Positions 39,033 to 50,939 of a stretch of 64,000 bases of DNA are shown here, piece by piece. Under the pieces are notes generated by a model that saw only the letters and a list, made by a program, of their open reading frames with translations, did no database searches and had not been told where the DNA came from. Position 1 is the first letter of the stretch. Each line of letters starts with the position of its first letter. The stretch lies in NCBI GenBank assembly GCA_963674705.1, contig OY771506.1, forward strand, positions 2,272,001 through 2,336,000. The letters are read 5' to 3'. Source of the stretch: Phycisphaeraceae bacterium. GTDB taxonomy: Bacteria; Planctomycetota; Phycisphaerae; Phycisphaerales; Phycisphaeraceae. Both the position numbers and the translations under genes were made by a program.

Positions 39033-41024
39033 TTAACCCTGTTGCAGTTTCTCGACGATGCTCTTGTCTTCGAGGGTGGTGATGTCGCCCTTGATTTCGT
39101 TGCCTGCGGCGATGTCGCGGAGCAGGCGACGCATGATCTTGCCGGAGCGGGTCTTGGGCAGGGCGTCGGTCAGCTTGATCACATCGGGCTTGGTGAACGG
39201 ACCCAGTTCCTTGGCGACGTGAGCGGCGAGTTCCTTCTTGAGTTTCTCGGCGGCTTCACCGTGCGGGATCGGGATACGCAGGATGACGAACGCTGCGATG
39301 GCGTTGCCCTTGAGCTCGTGCGGGAAACCGACGACAGCGGCTTCCGCGACGGCCGGGTGGCTGACCAGGCCCGACTCGACTTCCATCGTGCCGATATTGT
39401 GGCCGGCCACGACGATGACGTCGTCGATACGGCCCATGATCCAGAAGTTGCCATCCTCATCCTTACGCGCGCCGTCGCCGGCGGTGTACATGCCCGGGAC
39501 CTTTGACCAGTAGGTATCGATGAACCGGTTACGGTCGCCGTAGACGCCGCGGAGCATGGCGGGCCAGGGCTTACGGATGACGAGGATACCGCCGGTGTTG
39601 GTCGGAACCTCTTCACCTTCGGAGTTAACCACTGCCGCATCGATCCCGAAGAACGGGGTGGTGCAGGAGCCGGGGGTGGTGGTGGTGGCGCCGGGCTTGG
39701 GCACGATCATGTGTCCGCCGGTCTCGGTCTGCCACCAGGAGTCGATGATCGGGCACTTGCCAGCACCGATCTTCTCGTGATACCACATCCATGCCTCGGG
39801 GTTGATCGGCTCGCCGACCGTGCCGAGGATTTTGAGGCTGGAGATGTCATGCTTGTCGACATGCTCGTCGCCCCACTTCATGAAGGAGCGGATGGCGGTC
39901 GGAGCGGTGTAGAACTTCGTGACCTTGTGCCGTTCGATGATGTCCCAGAAGCGGTCTTCGGCCGGGTAGTTCGGGCCGCCTTCGTACAGGATCGAGGGCA
40001 CGCGGTTGGGCAACATGCCGTAGACGATGTAGGAGTGGCCGGTGATCCAGCCGATGTCGGCGGTGCACCAGAACACGTCATTTTCATCCGGCTTCAGGTC
40101 GAAGCTGATCTTCGAGGTCAGGTAGGTGTAGACGCTGTAGCCACCGGTGGTGTGCATGATGCCCTTGGGCTTGCCGGTGGAGCCTGAGGTGTAGAGGATG
40201 AACGCGAGGTCTTCGGAGTCCATCGGTTCGGCGGGGCAATCCTCGGAGACGTCGGCGAGCACGTCGTCCATCCAGACGTCGCGACCTTCCTGCATATTGA
40301 CATCGATGCCGGCGTGCTTGACGACGATGCATGTCTCGATGCGGTCGGTCAGCTTCATGCCGTCGTCTGCGTTACCCTTGAGCGGGACGGGCTTGCCACG
40401 GCGCCAGCCGGCGTCTGCGGTGACGAGGAACTTGCTTTCGCAGTTGTCGACGCGGTCGCTGATGGCCTGGGCACTGAAACCGCCGAAGATGATCGAGTGC
40501 GGTGCGCCGATACGCGTGCAGGCGAGCATGGTGATCGCCAGTTCGGGGATCATGGGCATGTAGATGGTGACGACGTCGCCCTTCTTGACGCCGATCTTCT
40601 TCAGGCCGTTGGCGACCTTGCAGACCTCTTTCTTGAGGTCGTTGTAGGTGAGTTTGATGACGGTGGGCTTGCCGTTGTCGTCGACACCCTCCGATTCCCA
40701 GATGATGGCGACATTGTCGCCGTAGCCGGCCTCGATCTGGCGATCGATGCAGTTGTAGCTGATGTTGGTCTTACCACCGACGAACCACTTCGCGTCGGGG
40801 CAGTTCCATTCCAGGACCTTGTCCCACTTCTTGAACCAGTGCAGGTCTTCTGCGACTTCGGCCCAGAAGCCTTCGGGATCCTCGATGGACCGCTTGTACA
40901 ACTGCTCGTACTGTTCGGGACTTCCGATGTGCGCCTTGGCGGCTAATTCGGCCGGCGGCGGAAACTTACGGGTTTCCTGCAGAACCGAATGCATCTGATC
41001 GGAGTTACTGTTGGTAGTCGACAT
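39033..41024 (-). CDS. acs: Acetyl-CoA synthetase (AMP-forming)
   Basis: YTSGSTGKPKG, WCTADIGWITGHSY, VGEPINPEAW, WWQTETGG, LPKTRSGKIMRR. Confidence 0.97.
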   Translation of the reverse strand: MSTTNSNSDQMHSVLQETRKFPPPAELAAKAHIGSPEQYEQLYKRSIEDPEGFWAEVAEDLHWFKKWDKVLEWNCPDAKWFVGGKTNISYNCIDRQIEAGYGDNVAIIWESEGVDDNGKPTVIKLTYNDLKKEVCKVANGLKKIGVKKGDVVTIYMPMIPELAITMLACTRIGAPHSIIFGGFSAQAISDRVDNCESKFLVTADAGWRRGKPVPLKGNADDGMKLTDRIETCIVVKHAGIDVNMQEGRDVWMDDVLADVSEDCPAEPMDSEDLAFILYTSGSTGKPKGIMHTTGGYSVYTYLTSKISFDLKPDENDVFWCTADIGWITGHSYIVYGMLPNRVPSILYEGGPNYPAEDRFWDIIERHKVTKFYTAPTAIRSFMKWGDEHVDKHDISSLKILGTVGEPINPEAWMWYHEKIGAGKCPIIDSWWQTETGGHMIVPKPGATTTTPGSCTTPFFGIDAAVVNSEGEEVPTNTGGILVIRKPWPAMLRGVYGDRNRFIDTYWSKVPGMYTAGDGARKDEDGNFWIMGRIDDVIVVAGHNIGTMEVESGLVSHPAVAEAAVVGFPHELKGNAIAAFVILRIPIPHGEAAEKLKKELAAHVAKELGPFTKPDVIKLTDALPKTRSGKIMRRLLRDIAAGNEIKGDITTLEDKSIVEKLQQG

Positions 41025-41487
41025 GCTCAATACTCCAAGCGTTAAAATGTTGACGGGGTACGTGATACGCCAATAAAAACGGGCGTCCGGTCAGACGGGA
41101 GTCCGGGACCGGAACGTCCGAATATATCACAGCTTAATATCATCTCAGAGATAGTACAAGGCACCGCCAAGCCCCCGATTTGCAGCCCTGTTGGGTAAGG
41201 CATTGTTTTGCTAAGAGTTTACGTGATACCAACACCTATCTTGGTCATTACTTATGTATTTTATTAGGGACCTTATCCGTGCGATACCTTCTGCCGATAT
41301 CAAAATGGGTTAATCGCCTGGCGCGTGATCTGATCGATTCAAGGCAGCAAGTGTCCCGTTTTCTTTGGGTTCCATACCGTCTTGAAGCGCTACACGGGTC
41401 ATGAATGTGTTGGATTGTGAATATCTGTCGGCAACCCAGTCCGGGAGATGTAAAGATGAATTGGGCTGGGGGTGGAGGCCAAACAAC

Positions 41488-43719
41488 ATGCTATTCAATC
41501 GCTTCAAGATGAAGACCAAGTTGGTCGCACTGTCACTATTTATCGGCCTCAGCTGTCTGACAGCCGTGGGATTGTTGAGCATCACACAGAGCCGTAAAGC
41601 TTTGCTGCACGCCAATCAGGATGCTTTGACCGGCATCAGAACCGCACGTGAAGAACAGATCGAGTCTTACTTCAACTTCATCCATGAGCAGATGTTCAAC
41701 TTCGCTCAGGATCGGATGATCACTGAAGCCGCGTCCAGGCTTATCGAGGCATTTCATTCCGTGCCCGACCAGGTCGGATTGGATGCGACCGAGGGTAGCG
41801 AGGTCTATCGTTCGGTGATGGGCTATTACACCCAGCAGTTCAAGCCCCGGCTGGAAGATGCGAACCAACCCTGGCGTGGTGACAAAACCTACATCCCTGC
41901 ATCGGCGTCCGGCAGGATCCTTCAATCGTTCTACATCGCCAACAATCCTAATCCCGTGGGAGAGAAACTGAAACTTGATCGTGCCGATGCGGAGTGTGAT
42001 TACAACACCTATCACGCGATCTACCACCCGAAGATCCGTGACTATCTTGAATCGTTTGGCTACTACGACATTTTCCTTTTCGATCTGGAAGGCAATTTGG
42101 TCTACTCGGTCTTCAAGGAGACCGATTACGCGACTAACTTTGTTTCCGGTCCTTACCGCGACACGAACTTTGCGACGGTTTACCGCAGGGCCCGTGACGC
42201 GTCATCGCCCGGTACGGTCGTGATCGAAGACTTCAAGCATTACGAGCCCAGCTACGGTGCTGGAGCCAGCTTCATAGGTTGTCCCGTTTTTTATGAGGGC
42301 AAGAAGATCGGCGTCGCGATATTCCAGATGCCCCTGGATAACATTAACGCAATCATGGGTAGTGGCGCCGGATTAGGCGAGACCGGGCAGACCTACCTGT
42401 TCGGCAGCGACGGTTTACTGCGTTCCAACAGCCGGTTCTGTGAAGAGGGCGAAACCACCATCCTGAATCAACGGACCTGCCAGGCGGCAATCGATTCGGC
42501 AAGTACTGGTGAATCAACGAACATTATCGCGGATGACTACCGGGGGGAGTCTGCGTTGATGTCGGTCAGCCCGCTGCACATAGAGGGTTTGGACTGGTCG
42601 ATTGTGGCTGAGGAGCAATTGTCGGAAGTCTATGCTTCTGCGAATTCTTTGCGCAACGCCATATTGTTCGGGGCCGGGCTGATCGCCCTGGTGGTCACCG
42701 GTATTGGTCTGCTGTTTGCGCGGTCGTTGACTAAACCAATCCAGGCCCTGGTTGATCGCCTAAAAGATATCGCGGAGGGCGAGGGAGACCTGACCCAGCG
42801 CGTTGATCAGGACCGAGCAGATGAATTAGGAGAGTTGGGCAAATGGTTCAATGTCTTTGTTCAGAAGATACATGAGGTAATCAGTGAAGTTAGAGATGCG
42901 GCTCATGAGGTAGCGGGTGCTTCTACGGAAATCGCGGCATCAAGCGAAGAGATGGCGACCGGCATCAGCGAGCAGAACACGCAGCTGATGCAGATCACCG
43001 CCGCGATCGAAGAGATGTCTACTTCCGTCGTGGAAGTGGCACAGAAGAGCGTAGACGCGGCAAACAATGCCAGCGAATCAGGCCGCGTGGCGGAAGAGGG
43101 CGGCAAGGTTGTTGCCGAAACGATCAGTGGTATGAACCAGATCAATGAAGCCGTCAGTGCCAGCGCCGCAAGTGTGTCTGAACTAGGCAAGCGTGGTGAA
43201 CAGATCGGTCAGATCATCAGCGTCATCAACGATATCGCTGACCAGACGAATTTGCTTGCGTTGAATGCGGCGATTGAAGCAGCACGTGCCGGCGAGCACG
43301 GGCGGGGATTTGCGGTGGTGGCGGATGAGGTGCGTAAGTTAGCCGATCGCACAACCAAGGCGACGGAAGAGATCGGCGAATCCATTACCGCCATTCAGTC
43401 GGAGACAAGCCTTGCCGTTGAGCGTATGACCACCGGAACGCAGCAGGTCCGGATTGGGGTTGACAAAGCTACGGTGGCGGGACAACGTCTTGAAGAGATC
43501 GTCACCAAGGCCCAGGATGTGGCCGGGATGATTCAATCCATTGCCGCGGCGGCGGAAGAGCAGTCCGCCGCGAGCGAACAGGTTAGCCAAGGTGTGCAAT
43601 CCGTCAGTGAATCCTCTAGTCAGAGTGCACAAGGCGCCAGCCAGGCGGCTCAAGCAGCCGCGCAATTGTCGGGCAAGGCCGAGCAGTTACAAATGCTCGT
43701 TGAACGTTTTAAGTTGTAA
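41488..43719 (+). CDS. Methyl-accepting chemotaxis protein with Cache-type sensor
   Basis: Two TMs, [16 protein letters not shown] Cache region, [41 protein letters not shown]. Confidence 0.95.
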   Translation: MLFNRFKMKTKLVALSLFIGLSCLTAVGLLSITQSRKALLHANQDALTGIRTAREEQIESYFNFIHEQMFNFAQDRMITEAASRLIEAFHSVPDQVGLDATEGSEVYRSVMGYYTQQFKPRLEDANQPWRGDKTYIPASASGRILQSFYIANNPNPVGEKLKLDRADAECDYNTYHAIYHPKIRDYLESFGYYDIFLFDLEGNLVYSVFKETDYATNFVSGPYRDTNFATVYRRARDASSPGTVVIEDFKHYEPSYGAGASFIGCPVFYEGKKIGVAIFQMPLDNINAIMGSGAGLGETGQTYLFGSDGLLRSNSRFCEEGETTILNQRTCQAAIDSASTGESTNIIADDYRGESALMSVSPLHIEGLDWSIVAEEQLSEVYASANSLRNAILFGAGLIALVVTGIGLLFARSLTKPIQALVDRLKDIAEGEGDLTQRVDQDRADELGELGKWFNVFVQKIHEVISEVRDAAHEVAGASTEIAASSEEMATGISEQNTQLMQITAAIEEMSTSVVEVAQKSVDAANNASESGRVAEEGGKVVAETISGMNQINEAVSASAASVSELGKRGEQIGQIISVINDIADQTNLLALNAAIEAARAGEHGRGFAVVADEVRKLADRTTKATEEIGESITAIQSETSLAVERMTTGTQQVRIGVDKATVAGQRLEEIVTKAQDVAGMIQSIAAAAEEQSAASEQVSQGVQSVSESSSQSAQGASQAAQAAAQLSGKAEQLQMLVERFKL

Positions 43720-44132
43720 GCAATGTCGGGGCATAATGATCCGGTATAACCCGTGTCCGGTGAGCGGGTTGTAATTCAGTAGAACGGTTGGGCTAACCAA
43801 GAGGCGGATACGTAGAAATACTTAACTTTCGCATGTACAAGACATAGCCGTTTCCTCATACATCATCTCTGCTTTGTTCATCTCGATGAATGACCAATTC
43901 GAGCCGGTTTTCAATTTGTGTTGTTGCCAATAAATGCATGTGCTTTCACTACATCCACACCGGCAAACGGACGATACCGCTTTGTGGCAGATCGTCGTTT
44001 GCTGCACTGTGGGATCCGGGGTAGGTCCCGCATGGTCAAGTGAATAAGTAGTAATAAGGTCATTCGCTTGAATGGTCGGCTATCCAATGCACTGCAGGAT
44101 TAAGTGAAGTTTGTAAGCAAAGGTATTTAAAG

Positions 44133-45836
44133 ATGAAGATTGCACAGAAGATGTTGGTTTCTACCCTGATCGCGTTTGTGGGTGCGGGTACGATCGCCGG
44201 GTTCGGTACCTATGGTATGTTGCAGCAGCGGAACAGCTCTGAAAACCTCGTCAATGAGCAGTTTGTTCCACTGGTTAATGTGGATTTAAAACGAATCATT
44301 GACCTGGAACAAAGTATCGCGCTGATCTTGAATGCGGACCGCGATGCTTACCAGGCAGTACTTAGTGAGCAATTGGTGACAGCCGGCGAGCACACGGATG
44401 TATATGATCAGCAGTATGCCGACCATCAGGAGAATATACAGCAGGTCAGTGATCGCCTGGCAAAGGCTTCTGAAGCGTTGCCCGAAGCTGCGAAGCCGGT
44501 ATATGACCGCTTTGTCAAGGAACTCGAGGCCTGGCGGCAGAGTTCCAATAGGGTATTTGAACTTGTGAAGCAACCGGATGGTTTGGCAGAAGCAAGGCGC
44601 CTAAGTGATGGTCAGGCCATGGAAGCCTTCAACACCATGCGCGACACGATCAACGAGCTGACCGAATTTCAGGAAGCAGAGATCGGGAAAACTGTCGAGA
44701 ATATTAACAAGCGACGAGATGATGCGATCGCGGCGGGGCAGGTGGCTTCGTCATTCGCGTCGAAGATCATCGGCCTGTTTTCTACCGTCGCCATATTTGT
44801 CATGGTGACCGCTGTGGTGGCGAACCTTCTCACGACTAAAACGATCCTCAAACCGATCAAGCTTATGGTTGATCGCTTAAAGGACATTGCTGAAGGTGAG
44901 GGCGACCTGACACAGCGTGTCGATGAAGATCGCAAGGACGAGCTTGGTGAACTGGGCAAGTGGTTTAACCTCTTTGTCAAAAAGATTCATGGCGTGATCT
45001 GTGAGGTGCGTGATACGGCCCACGAAGTCGCCGGCGCGTCGACGCAGATCGCTGCTAGCAGTGAAGAGATGGCTCAAGGCATCAGCGAACAGAACCAGCA
45101 GGTGACACAGATCTCCGCAGCGGTAGAAGAGATGTCTACCTCAATCATTGAAGTGGCTCGTAAGAGTAGCGAGGCGGCGAACAATGCCCGTGAATCGGGC
45201 CGCGTAGCGGAAGAGGGCGGGCAGGTCGTTGCGGACACGATCAGTGGTATGAACCAGATCAGTGAAGCGGTCAGCGCCAGCGCTGCGAGCGTGTCCGAAC
45301 TGGGTAAGCGGGGTGAGCAGATCGGTCAGATTATCGATGTGATCAACGACATCGCGGACCAGACAAACCTGCTGGCGTTGAATGCGGCGATCGAAGCGGC
45401 GCGGGCCGGCGAGCACGGCCGAGGTTTTGCGGTCGTCGCCGACGAGGTGCGCAAACTGGCGGACCGCACGACCAAGGCGACCGAAGAGATCGGCGAGTCG
45501 ATCACAGCCATCCAGACGGAAACGGAGCAAGCTGTTCAGCGTATGACAGCGGGTACCGAACAGGTGCAGATCGGTGTAGAGAAGGCGACCCAGGCCGGGC
45601 AGAGCCTGGAGCAGATCGTATCCGGCGCTCAAGAGGTGGCGACAATGATCCAGTCGATCGCCGCCGCTGCGGAAGAGCAGTCATCAGCGAGTGAAGAAGT
45701 CAGTAAAGGTGTGCAGGCGGTGAGCGCTGTGACAAGTCAGAGTGCCGAAGGTGCCAACCAATCAGCTCGTGCAGCATCACAGCTTTCGGGGAAAGCTGAG
45801 CAACTGCAGGCATTGGTGGGGCGGTTCAGACTCTAG
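44133..45836 (+). CDS. Methyl-accepting chemotaxis protein with helical-bundle sensor
   Basis: TM-helical periplasmic domain-TM, HAMP, MCP signalling motif. Confidence 0.95.
   Translation: MKIAQKMLVSTLIAFVGAGTIAGFGTYGMLQQRNSSENLVNEQFVPLVNVDLKRIIDLEQSIALILNADRDAYQAVLSEQLVTAGEHTDVYDQQYADHQENIQQVSDRLAKASEALPEAAKPVYDRFVKELEAWRQSSNRVFELVKQPDGLAEARRLSDGQAMEAFNTMRDTINELTEFQEAEIGKTVENINKRRDDAIAAGQVASSFASKIIGLFSTVAIFVMVTAVVANLLTTKTILKPIKLMVDRLKDIAEGEGDLTQRVDEDRKDELGELGKWFNLFVKKIHGVICEVRDTAHEVAGASTQIAASSEEMAQGISEQNQQVTQISAAVEEMSTSIIEVARKSSEAANNARESGRVAEEGGQVVADTISGMNQISEAVSASAASVSELGKRGEQIGQIIDVINDIADQTNLLALNAAIEAARAGEHGRGFAVVADEVRKLADRTTKATEEIGESITAIQTETEQAVQRMTAGTEQVQIGVEKATQAGQSLEQIVSGAQEVATMIQSIAAAAEEQSSASEEVSKGVQAVSAVTSQSAEGANQSARAASQLSGKAEQLQALVGRFRL
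44880..45680 (+). repeat. 801-bp near-identical direct repeat, copy 1 (MCP HAMP and signalling region)
   Basis: Ungapped match to 47730-48530 at offset 2850. Confidence 0.95.
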
Positions 45837-46249
45837 AACGATATTAACTCATGGCGTCGTGGTGCCTGTGAGTATTCTGGCATAGCACGACTCTGCGAAG
45901 ATCATGCTTTCCGGCTGCCCACCTCGTGGCCGGTGTGTTGTACCGATAAATGTTTGATGTCTGTTAACCACGTTTATTCAGATTAACCCGGAAACGACAT
46001 AGACGGTATGAACTCACAACGTTTGGTATTGCAGCAGGTATTGTCCTGTATTTGTCTGAATACTACGTCGATGAATATATAGGCAACTACCCCAGTTCGT
46101 TTGTGTGGGGTGAAAAACAACGTGATGTTTTGGTAATGAAACAAGTCAGAGTAACCCGTAGTTGATGTGGATCAGCGTCGATCCCAACGGGTGTACAGGC
46201 CATTGACCTCGTCGGTCTGGCCCCGAGCTACTTGCTGTGGAGATTGCAC

Positions 46250-46873
46250 ATGAAACGTATGAATGTCAAGAAAATGTGGATGGCCGTGCTCGCCTCGGCG
46301 ATGATGCTTATGTCCGCGACCAGTGCTTCAGCGGATGAGGCCAAGATCAAAGAGGCTCTGTTGAGTGGTATTGATGGCAACGAACTGTTGAGTGACACGG
46401 CAAAAACATTCGTCAAGGAACAACTGCTTCCGCAGTGTACAAACAAGGTATTTATTGCCGAGACCGAAGCTCAGAACAAAAAGGATGAGTCGTTAGACAC
46501 GATCAAGAAGATCGATGCCGAGTGGCAGGCGGCGGAAGAACCGCTGGAAATCCAAGAAGAGAAGCTGAGTAATACCACTGCCCAGGAGATCAAGAAGATT
46601 GTTGCCAAGCAACAGATCATCGTTGAATCTTTCGTGATGGACAACAAGGGGGCGGTTGTCGGCGAAAACCTGCTTACCAGTGATTACTGGCAGGGTGACG
46701 AGGCCAAGTGGAGCAATTCCTACGCGGACGGCAAGGGCGGTGTTGATGTCGGCAAGCCCAAATTCGACAAGTCCGCCAATGCAAACCTTCAGCAGGTTTC
46801 GTTGCCCATCATCAATGCTGATGGCAAGGTGATCGGCGCGGTGACTTACGGCCTGAACATCGACAAACTCTAA
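46250..46873 (+). CDS. Stand-alone periplasmic PDC/Cache-like sensor-domain protein
   Basis: Signal peptide; IDAEW, ESFVMDNKG, TSDYWQGDEAKW, QVSLPI...VIGAVTYG. Confidence 0.8.
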   Translation: MKRMNVKKMWMAVLASAMMLMSATSASADEAKIKEALLSGIDGNELLSDTAKTFVKEQLLPQCTNKVFIAETEAQNKKDESLDTIKKIDAEWQAAEEPLEIQEEKLSNTTAQEIKKIVAKQQIIVESFVMDNKGAVVGENLLTSDYWQGDEAKWSNSYADGKGGVDVGKPKFDKSANANLQQVSLPIINADGKVIGAVTYGLNIDKL

Positions 46874-46886
46874 ATGTTTATTCCAG

Positions 46887-46915
46887 AGCGACGCGGTTGA
46901 CACCGCGTCGCTTTA
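46887..46915 (+). terminator. Hairpin/terminator after the PDC gene
   Basis: AGCGACGCGGT-TGAC-ACCGCGTCGCT then TTA. Confidence 0.65.
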
Positions 46916-46973
46916 TTGACCCTGATAGATATCGATCCACGACATCTTATCCAGAAAGTTAGAGGCTTCAGCC

Positions 46974-48686
46974 ATGCGCGTGATGACAAAGATCGGACTA
47001 TTGGTAGCGGCTCCTCTGCTGAGTCTTACGATAGTGGGAGGTCTGGGGTGGTACGAGATCGATAAGCTGAATGACGGCAGCAAAGAACTGGTTCATGAGC
47101 AATTTCTACCGTTAGTTAATGAAGATGTCGCTCATCTGACTGAAGACCTGCAATCCAGTATTGCTCAGATCACCGAAGCCAGTCGAGAGACATTCAGGGT
47201 GGTCGTTGCGGAAAAGATGAGCCTTGTTGCCAGTAGTGATGAAGAGTTCAAGGCCGCGGGTGCGATCCACGATCAGGGGATCAGCCGGGCGCGTGAATTA
47301 TTGGCAGAGGCTAAACATGCATTTGAGACCGAAGAGACCAAGCAACTGTACGCCACACTGATGGAGCAGATTGATTTATGGGAGGAGAAGTCGCAGAAGG
47401 TTGTAACCGGCGCGATGGATCCCGCTCGCGTGACGTTCAGCCGACGGATGAGTAACGGCGGGTCAGCCGAAAAAACATTCCAGGCAATGCAGGAAACACT
47501 GGCCGCTCTGGAGCAGGCCCAGAAGGCGCAAACCCAACAGTTGCTGGCAAAAGTTAACAGCAAAAAAGAAACAGTTGAGAACCAGGCGATTGAGGCTGAA
47601 CAACAGGCCAAACAGTTGATCGCATTCTTTGCCGGTGTGGTTGTTATTTCGTTCGTGGTTACGATTCTTTTAGCCGGTTGGATCGGCCGTGCGCTGGTCC
47701 GCTCCATCAACGCGCTGGTTGTCAGTCTTAAGGACATTGCTGAAGGTGAGGGCGACCTGACACAGCGTGTCGATGAAGATCGCAAGGACGAGCTTGGTGA
47801 ACTGGGCAAGTGGTTTAACCTCTTTGTCAAAAAGATTCATGGCGTGATCTGTGAGGTGCGTGATACGGCCCACGAAGTCGCCGGCGCGTCGACGCAGATC
47901 GCTGCTAGCAGTGAAGAGATGGCGCAGGGCATCAGTGAACAGAATCAACAGGTGACGCAGATCTCCGCAGCGGTAGAAGAGATGTCTACCTCAATCATTG
48001 AAGTGGCTCGTAAGAGTAGCGAGGCGGCGAACAATGCTCGTGAATCGGGCCGCGTAGCGGAAGAGGGCGGGCAGGTCGTTGCGGACACGATCAGTGGTAT
48101 GAACCAGATCAGTGAAGCGGTCAGCGCCAGCGCTGCGAGCGTGTCCGAACTGGGTAAGCGGGGTGAGCAGATCGGTCAGATTATCGATGTGATCAACGAC
48201 ATCGCGGACCAGACAAACCTGCTGGCGTTGAATGCGGCGATCGAAGCGGCGCGGGCCGGCGAGCACGGCCGAGGTTTCGCGGTGGTCGCCGACGAGGTGC
48301 GCAAACTGGCGGACCGTACGACCAAAGCGACGGAGGAGATCGGCGAATCGATCACCGCCATCCAGACGGAAACGGAACAAGCTGTTCAGCGTATGACCGC
48401 CGGGACGGAGCAGGTGCAGATCGGTGTAGAGAAGGCGACCCAGGCCGGGCAGAGCCTGGAGCAGATCGTATCCGGCGCTCAAGAGGTGGCGACGATGATC
48501 CAGTCGATCGCCGCCGCTGCGGAAGAGCAGACGGTTGCCGGCGAAGAGGTGAGTCGTGGTATTCAGCAGGTGAGTGCGGTGACCAACCAGAGCGCCGAAG
48601 GCGCCAGCCAGTCGTCGCAGGCGGCGAACCAGCTATCGGCCAAGGCCGAGCAATTGCAGCTTCTGGTGGGGCGGTTCAAGCTGTAG
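46974..48686 (+). CDS. Methyl-accepting chemotaxis protein with helical-bundle sensor
   Basis: Paralogue of 44133-45836 with the same MCP signalling motif. Confidence 0.95.
   Translation: MRVMTKIGLLVAAPLLSLTIVGGLGWYEIDKLNDGSKELVHEQFLPLVNEDVAHLTEDLQSSIAQITEASRETFRVVVAEKMSLVASSDEEFKAAGAIHDQGISRARELLAEAKHAFETEETKQLYATLMEQIDLWEEKSQKVVTGAMDPARVTFSRRMSNGGSAEKTFQAMQETLAALEQAQKAQTQQLLAKVNSKKETVENQAIEAEQQAKQLIAFFAGVVVISFVVTILLAGWIGRALVRSINALVVSLKDIAEGEGDLTQRVDEDRKDELGELGKWFNLFVKKIHGVICEVRDTAHEVAGASTQIAASSEEMAQGISEQNQQVTQISAAVEEMSTSIIEVARKSSEAANNARESGRVAEEGGQVVADTISGMNQISEAVSASAASVSELGKRGEQIGQIIDVINDIADQTNLLALNAAIEAARAGEHGRGFAVVADEVRKLADRTTKATEEIGESITAIQTETEQAVQRMTAGTEQVQIGVEKATQAGQSLEQIVSGAQEVATMIQSIAAAAEEQTVAGEEVSRGIQQVSAVTNQSAEGASQSSQAANQLSAKAEQLQLLVGRFKL
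47730..48530 (+). repeat. 801-bp near-identical direct repeat, copy 2
   Basis: Matches 44880-45680. Confidence 0.95.
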
Positions 48687-48691
48687 AACTC

Positions 48692-50035
48692 TCAACCCGA
48701 ACTGGGCAACTTGATGTTGACTTGCGCGGTTGATCGCGGTTTATCGGATGCGGATTGTCTGCCCGTCTTCCCGTGTCGGATGCGGAAGTGCCCCGTGTAA
48801 TGCCATTTTTCCAGCGACGGGTACGGCACCGTTAGCAGGAACATCAGCACAAACATCGTGATTGCCGGTACCAATGAGATCGGCGTCAAGCGCATTGATA
48901 GCAACGCTTCGGTGATAGCTATTACCGTTATCAATATCAGGATCGGTGCGATAAAGACCCGGTCGTATCCCGGGATAATCCACCGGCCTGTCGCGATCCG
49001 ACCCCGCAGGCTGATGGGGGGGTGGGTATTCTTGGTGTACCGCCCCAACTTCGCAAAAGCGCAAGCGAGGGCCCCGAACAGCACAATAAAGCGATACATC
49101 CAAAGCAACGCTTCGGGTTTCATACCTTCGTTTTGCTCATGAGCGATAAAGTCCGTAAAGCTTAGTTGGCTGTCTCCGATATCCAATAGAAAGTTTGATT
49201 CAACCGTATGCAAAATGGCAAATGTCCACCAAGCCATGATAGCGCTGGCGGCTAACGAACTCACAACAGTTATATGTTTGTTATTGCCAACCGCCGGACC
49301 CACTTCGCGGTACGGCCAGCCGAGAATCCCGGTGTTGATGATGTCTTTGAGCATCCGTTGCCGTGGACTTTCAGTCCATTCGGGTCGATTCCACGGGAAG
49401 TTGCCGAGTGTGCGTTGCAATCCGAGTAATACCAAGCCATAAATAACAACAAGCACCCCAAACCCGATCCACACGTTATGGTGTGGGTAAGCGGTCAGGG
49501 GGACCAATGCCAGCACAAACCACATAACCACCTCATCGTCACTGATCATAAAAATGAGGCTGATGACGTAGACCACAAAGTAAACCATGCCCAATGCGAT
49601 TGCAGCCTGCCACGGTATAACATCTTCGAAGATTGATTTTGAGTTGGTGCCGATCTGGTGACATAACCAGAAACCCAAAGCCGCAATCCCGCCACTGATC
49701 AATACAAAGATCAAGTCATTCCACTTCAAATGAATACTACCAAGCGGTAACGGCTTGCCATACGACCATGGCGTATACGCCAGCCATTCCCGATACCGCT
49801 TGTTTGCGTAAGGATGCCGCCCTGCGCCCCGACCAATCGCGACGATGACAGCCACGAGAAACGGCAACAGAGCGAGAGTGAGGGAGATCGCTAATGTGGC
49901 CAGCTTCAGCGTAAGTTTGAGTATCGGCAAGCCTATCAGGTATGCCATTCCAATCATGATTAGTACGAATGGGAGGACACCGGCGATCACGACCCATGGA
50001 CGCAAAATTGGTTGTGTTTTGTCCTGAGTATTCAC
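48692..50035 (-). CDS. Multi-pass membrane protein, probable partner of the adjacent ABC ATPase
   Basis: Many TMs; start overlaps the ATPase stop codon. Confidence 0.75.
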   Translation of the reverse strand: MNTQDKTQPILRPWVVIAGVLPFVLIMIGMAYLIGLPILKLTLKLATLAISLTLALLPFLVAVIVAIGRGAGRHPYANKRYREWLAYTPWSYGKPLPLGSIHLKWNDLIFVLISGGIAALGFWLCHQIGTNSKSIFEDVIPWQAAIALGMVYFVVYVISLIFMISDDEVVMWFVLALVPLTAYPHHNVWIGFGVLVVIYGLVLLGLQRTLGNFPWNRPEWTESPRQRMLKDIINTGILGWPYREVGPAVGNNKHITVVSSLAASAIMAWWTFAILHTVESNFLLDIGDSQLSFTDFIAHEQNEGMKPEALLWMYRFIVLFGALACAFAKLGRYTKNTHPPISLRGRIATGRWIIPGYDRVFIAPILILITVIAITEALLSMRLTPISLVPAITMFVLMFLLTVPYPSLEKWHYTGHFRIRHGKTGRQSASDKPRSTAQVNIKLPSSG

Positions 50036-50811
50036 TACTGACTCACAGTCTGGAAGTATTTTTCCAGGTTCTTTTTGCCCTCAGGATGCAACAACTGCTC
50101 CAGGGCTTCGCTCAGCGTGTCAGTGTTGGTCTGTTGTTGAAGGATGTCCGGGGTATTGCAGTCAAGAATCTGGCCGTCCTTGATAATTGCGACACGGTCG
50201 GCCAATCCTTCCACCAACTCCGGGACGGGTACGGCCATCACGACCGTGACATCATCACGGTCAGCCAGGTATTTGAGTACCTGCTGAAGTGCGAGCAGGC
50301 CCGAAGAATCCAAGCCCCCTGAGAACGGCTCGTCAAGGATCATGATCGGTGCATCCGTGATGAGCGCGGAGCAGAGCCCAATTTTTTTCTGTTGGCCCGT
50401 GGAGTAGCTGCTGATTGCTCGGTCGCCTTTTTCCGCAAGGTCGAACAGGTCCAGTAGTTTCTGTGCATGGTCGAACAGTCGATCTTCATCGACGCCGTAT
50501 AACCTGCCGACACCGAGGATGAACTCCCTGCCTGTGTTGCTCGTCGGCAGCCATGGTGTATCGGGCAGGTAAACAACCTGTTCGCGGATATTTTTTTCGT
50601 TATCGATCGAGCTGCGTCGACGTAGGCCGTTGATCTCGACATAACCTTTGATCGGCGCGAGGATGCCCGCGATGACGCCCAGCAATGTGCTCTTACCCAT
50701 GCCGTTAGGCCCCATCACGCAGAGCAGTTCTCCCGAATCAACCGTAAGATTGATATCGCGCAGTGTCGGGCGGATGCCGTAGTGATGCCAGATATTTGAG
50801 AGCGTAATCAT
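50035..50811 (-). CDS. ABC transporter ATP-binding protein
   Basis: GPNGMGKS, YSTGQ, ILDEP. Confidence 0.93.
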   Translation of the reverse strand: MITLSNIWHHYGIRPTLRDINLTVDSGELLCVMGPNGMGKSTLLGVIAGILAPIKGYVEINGLRRRSSIDNEKNIREQVVYLPDTPWLPTSNTGREFILGVGRLYGVDEDRLFDHAQKLLDLFDLAEKGDRAISSYSTGQQKKIGLCSALITDAPIMILDEPFSGGLDSSGLLALQQVLKYLADRDDVTVVMAVPVPELVEGLADRVAIIKDGQILDCNTPDILQQQTNTDTLSEALEQLLHPEGKKNLEKYFQTVSQ

Positions 50812-50939
50812 CCCGGTCCCCGTCAGGTGTTTATTGTGGGTGGACCCTGTCTGCTTTTCATCAATTGTACTGGATTACCCCATCGTAGAAACGCAACCAC
50901 AGGGCATATTGGTCGCAGTATTGGGAAGGGTTTACCAGT

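Noticed and set aside
43960..44035. c-di-GMP-I riboswitch upstream of the second MCP
   Set aside because: GGCAAAC begins a simple hairpin, but the GNRA loop, receptor and second-stem pattern are missing.
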